DNA of 64,000 bases from Eledone cirrhosa (lineage: Eukaryota). The stretch is from contig OZ024744.1 of NCBI GenBank assembly GCA_964016885.1, forward strand, positions 46,500,001 to 46,564,000, given 5' to 3'. The position numbers and the translations under genes were made by a program. Below, piece after piece: positions 63,401-64,000 of this stretch (positions within the stretch are counted from its first letter, which is position 1; the number at the start of each line of letters is the position of its first letter). Under the pieces are notes generated by a model, which did not search any database, was not told the DNA's origin, and saw only the letters and a program-made list of their open reading frames with translations.

Positions 63401-64000
63401 CTCATCCCTTGCACACAGCATACATCCACATGCCTTCTCTCCAGCATCTCCGCTATCTCACCAGATCTACCTATTAGAGTGCCAACATTAAGTGTGGAAA
63501 CTCTGAGATGCGACGTCTTGTTCTTTTTCCTGTTGTGCGATTGCCTGATGACGGTCGTGGGGTTCTCACTCATGGCCTCACTAGCCACCCCACTACCATG
63601 CAAAGCCCTAACATGGTTAGTGTTGTTTCTGTGTTCATAGTGTTTAGGAGTAGTATATATACTGGTTGGATGCCCTTCCTAACACCAGCACCACTTTACA
63701 GCATGGACTGGGTGCTTTTATTCGTGCCACAGCACTAGAGAGATTGTCTTACTGGACTCAGGGCCTTCTTTACCACTTCATTTTACAGCATGGACTGAGT
63801 GCTTTTATTCGTGCCACCAGCACTAGGGAAGTTTTCTTACTGGACTTAGGGGACTTCTCTACCCTGCAACAATGTATTCGGAGTGATAGCTCTCCTAGAT
63901 GGGTTGCCTACACTACGGCTTACGGAGCCTCTGTACACCCCTTGTCTGTTCAATACTATATTCACAAGGGAGCGGTTATCGTACAGCATTGGGCATATAT
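60498..64000 (-). mobile_element. RTE LINE family C, near full-length, degenerate
   Basis: APE 62938-63603 (LNVGTL, ISAYAPQ, GDFNGHVG), RT 61283-62068 (YADD), PHD-like finger, short 3'UTR and (ATG)n; 5'UTR runs to the window edge. Confidence 0.93.

Overview
AT-rich animal genomic DNA; the SINE and RTE repertoire suggests a cephalopod such as an octopus (inference). The ~300-bp repeat that forms the backbone looks like satellite DNA but carries a + strand exon cassette: pyrimidine-rich tract, TAG acceptor, a 60-nt phase-1 exon and a GT(A/G)AGT donor. I count 39 full 60-nt copies (34 with both AG and GT intact), one partial copy at the window start, one 45-nt derivative and three 66-nt exons of a second type. 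Together they would encode a variable 20-aa S/T/P/K-rich repeat (consensus GDHITVSPRIASMEPKSTEK) that the ORF track misses entirely. The introns are packed with retroelements: three RTE LINE families with a PHD-like finger inside ORF2, one CR1-type LINE, Naiad-like Penelope elements with type I hammerhead ribozymes, a 355-bp twin-hammerhead palindrome, two tRNA-SINE families and an unexplained ~620-bp tandem multimer inserted in (TA)n. All calls were made by eye; element boundaries are approximate and no expression evidence is available.
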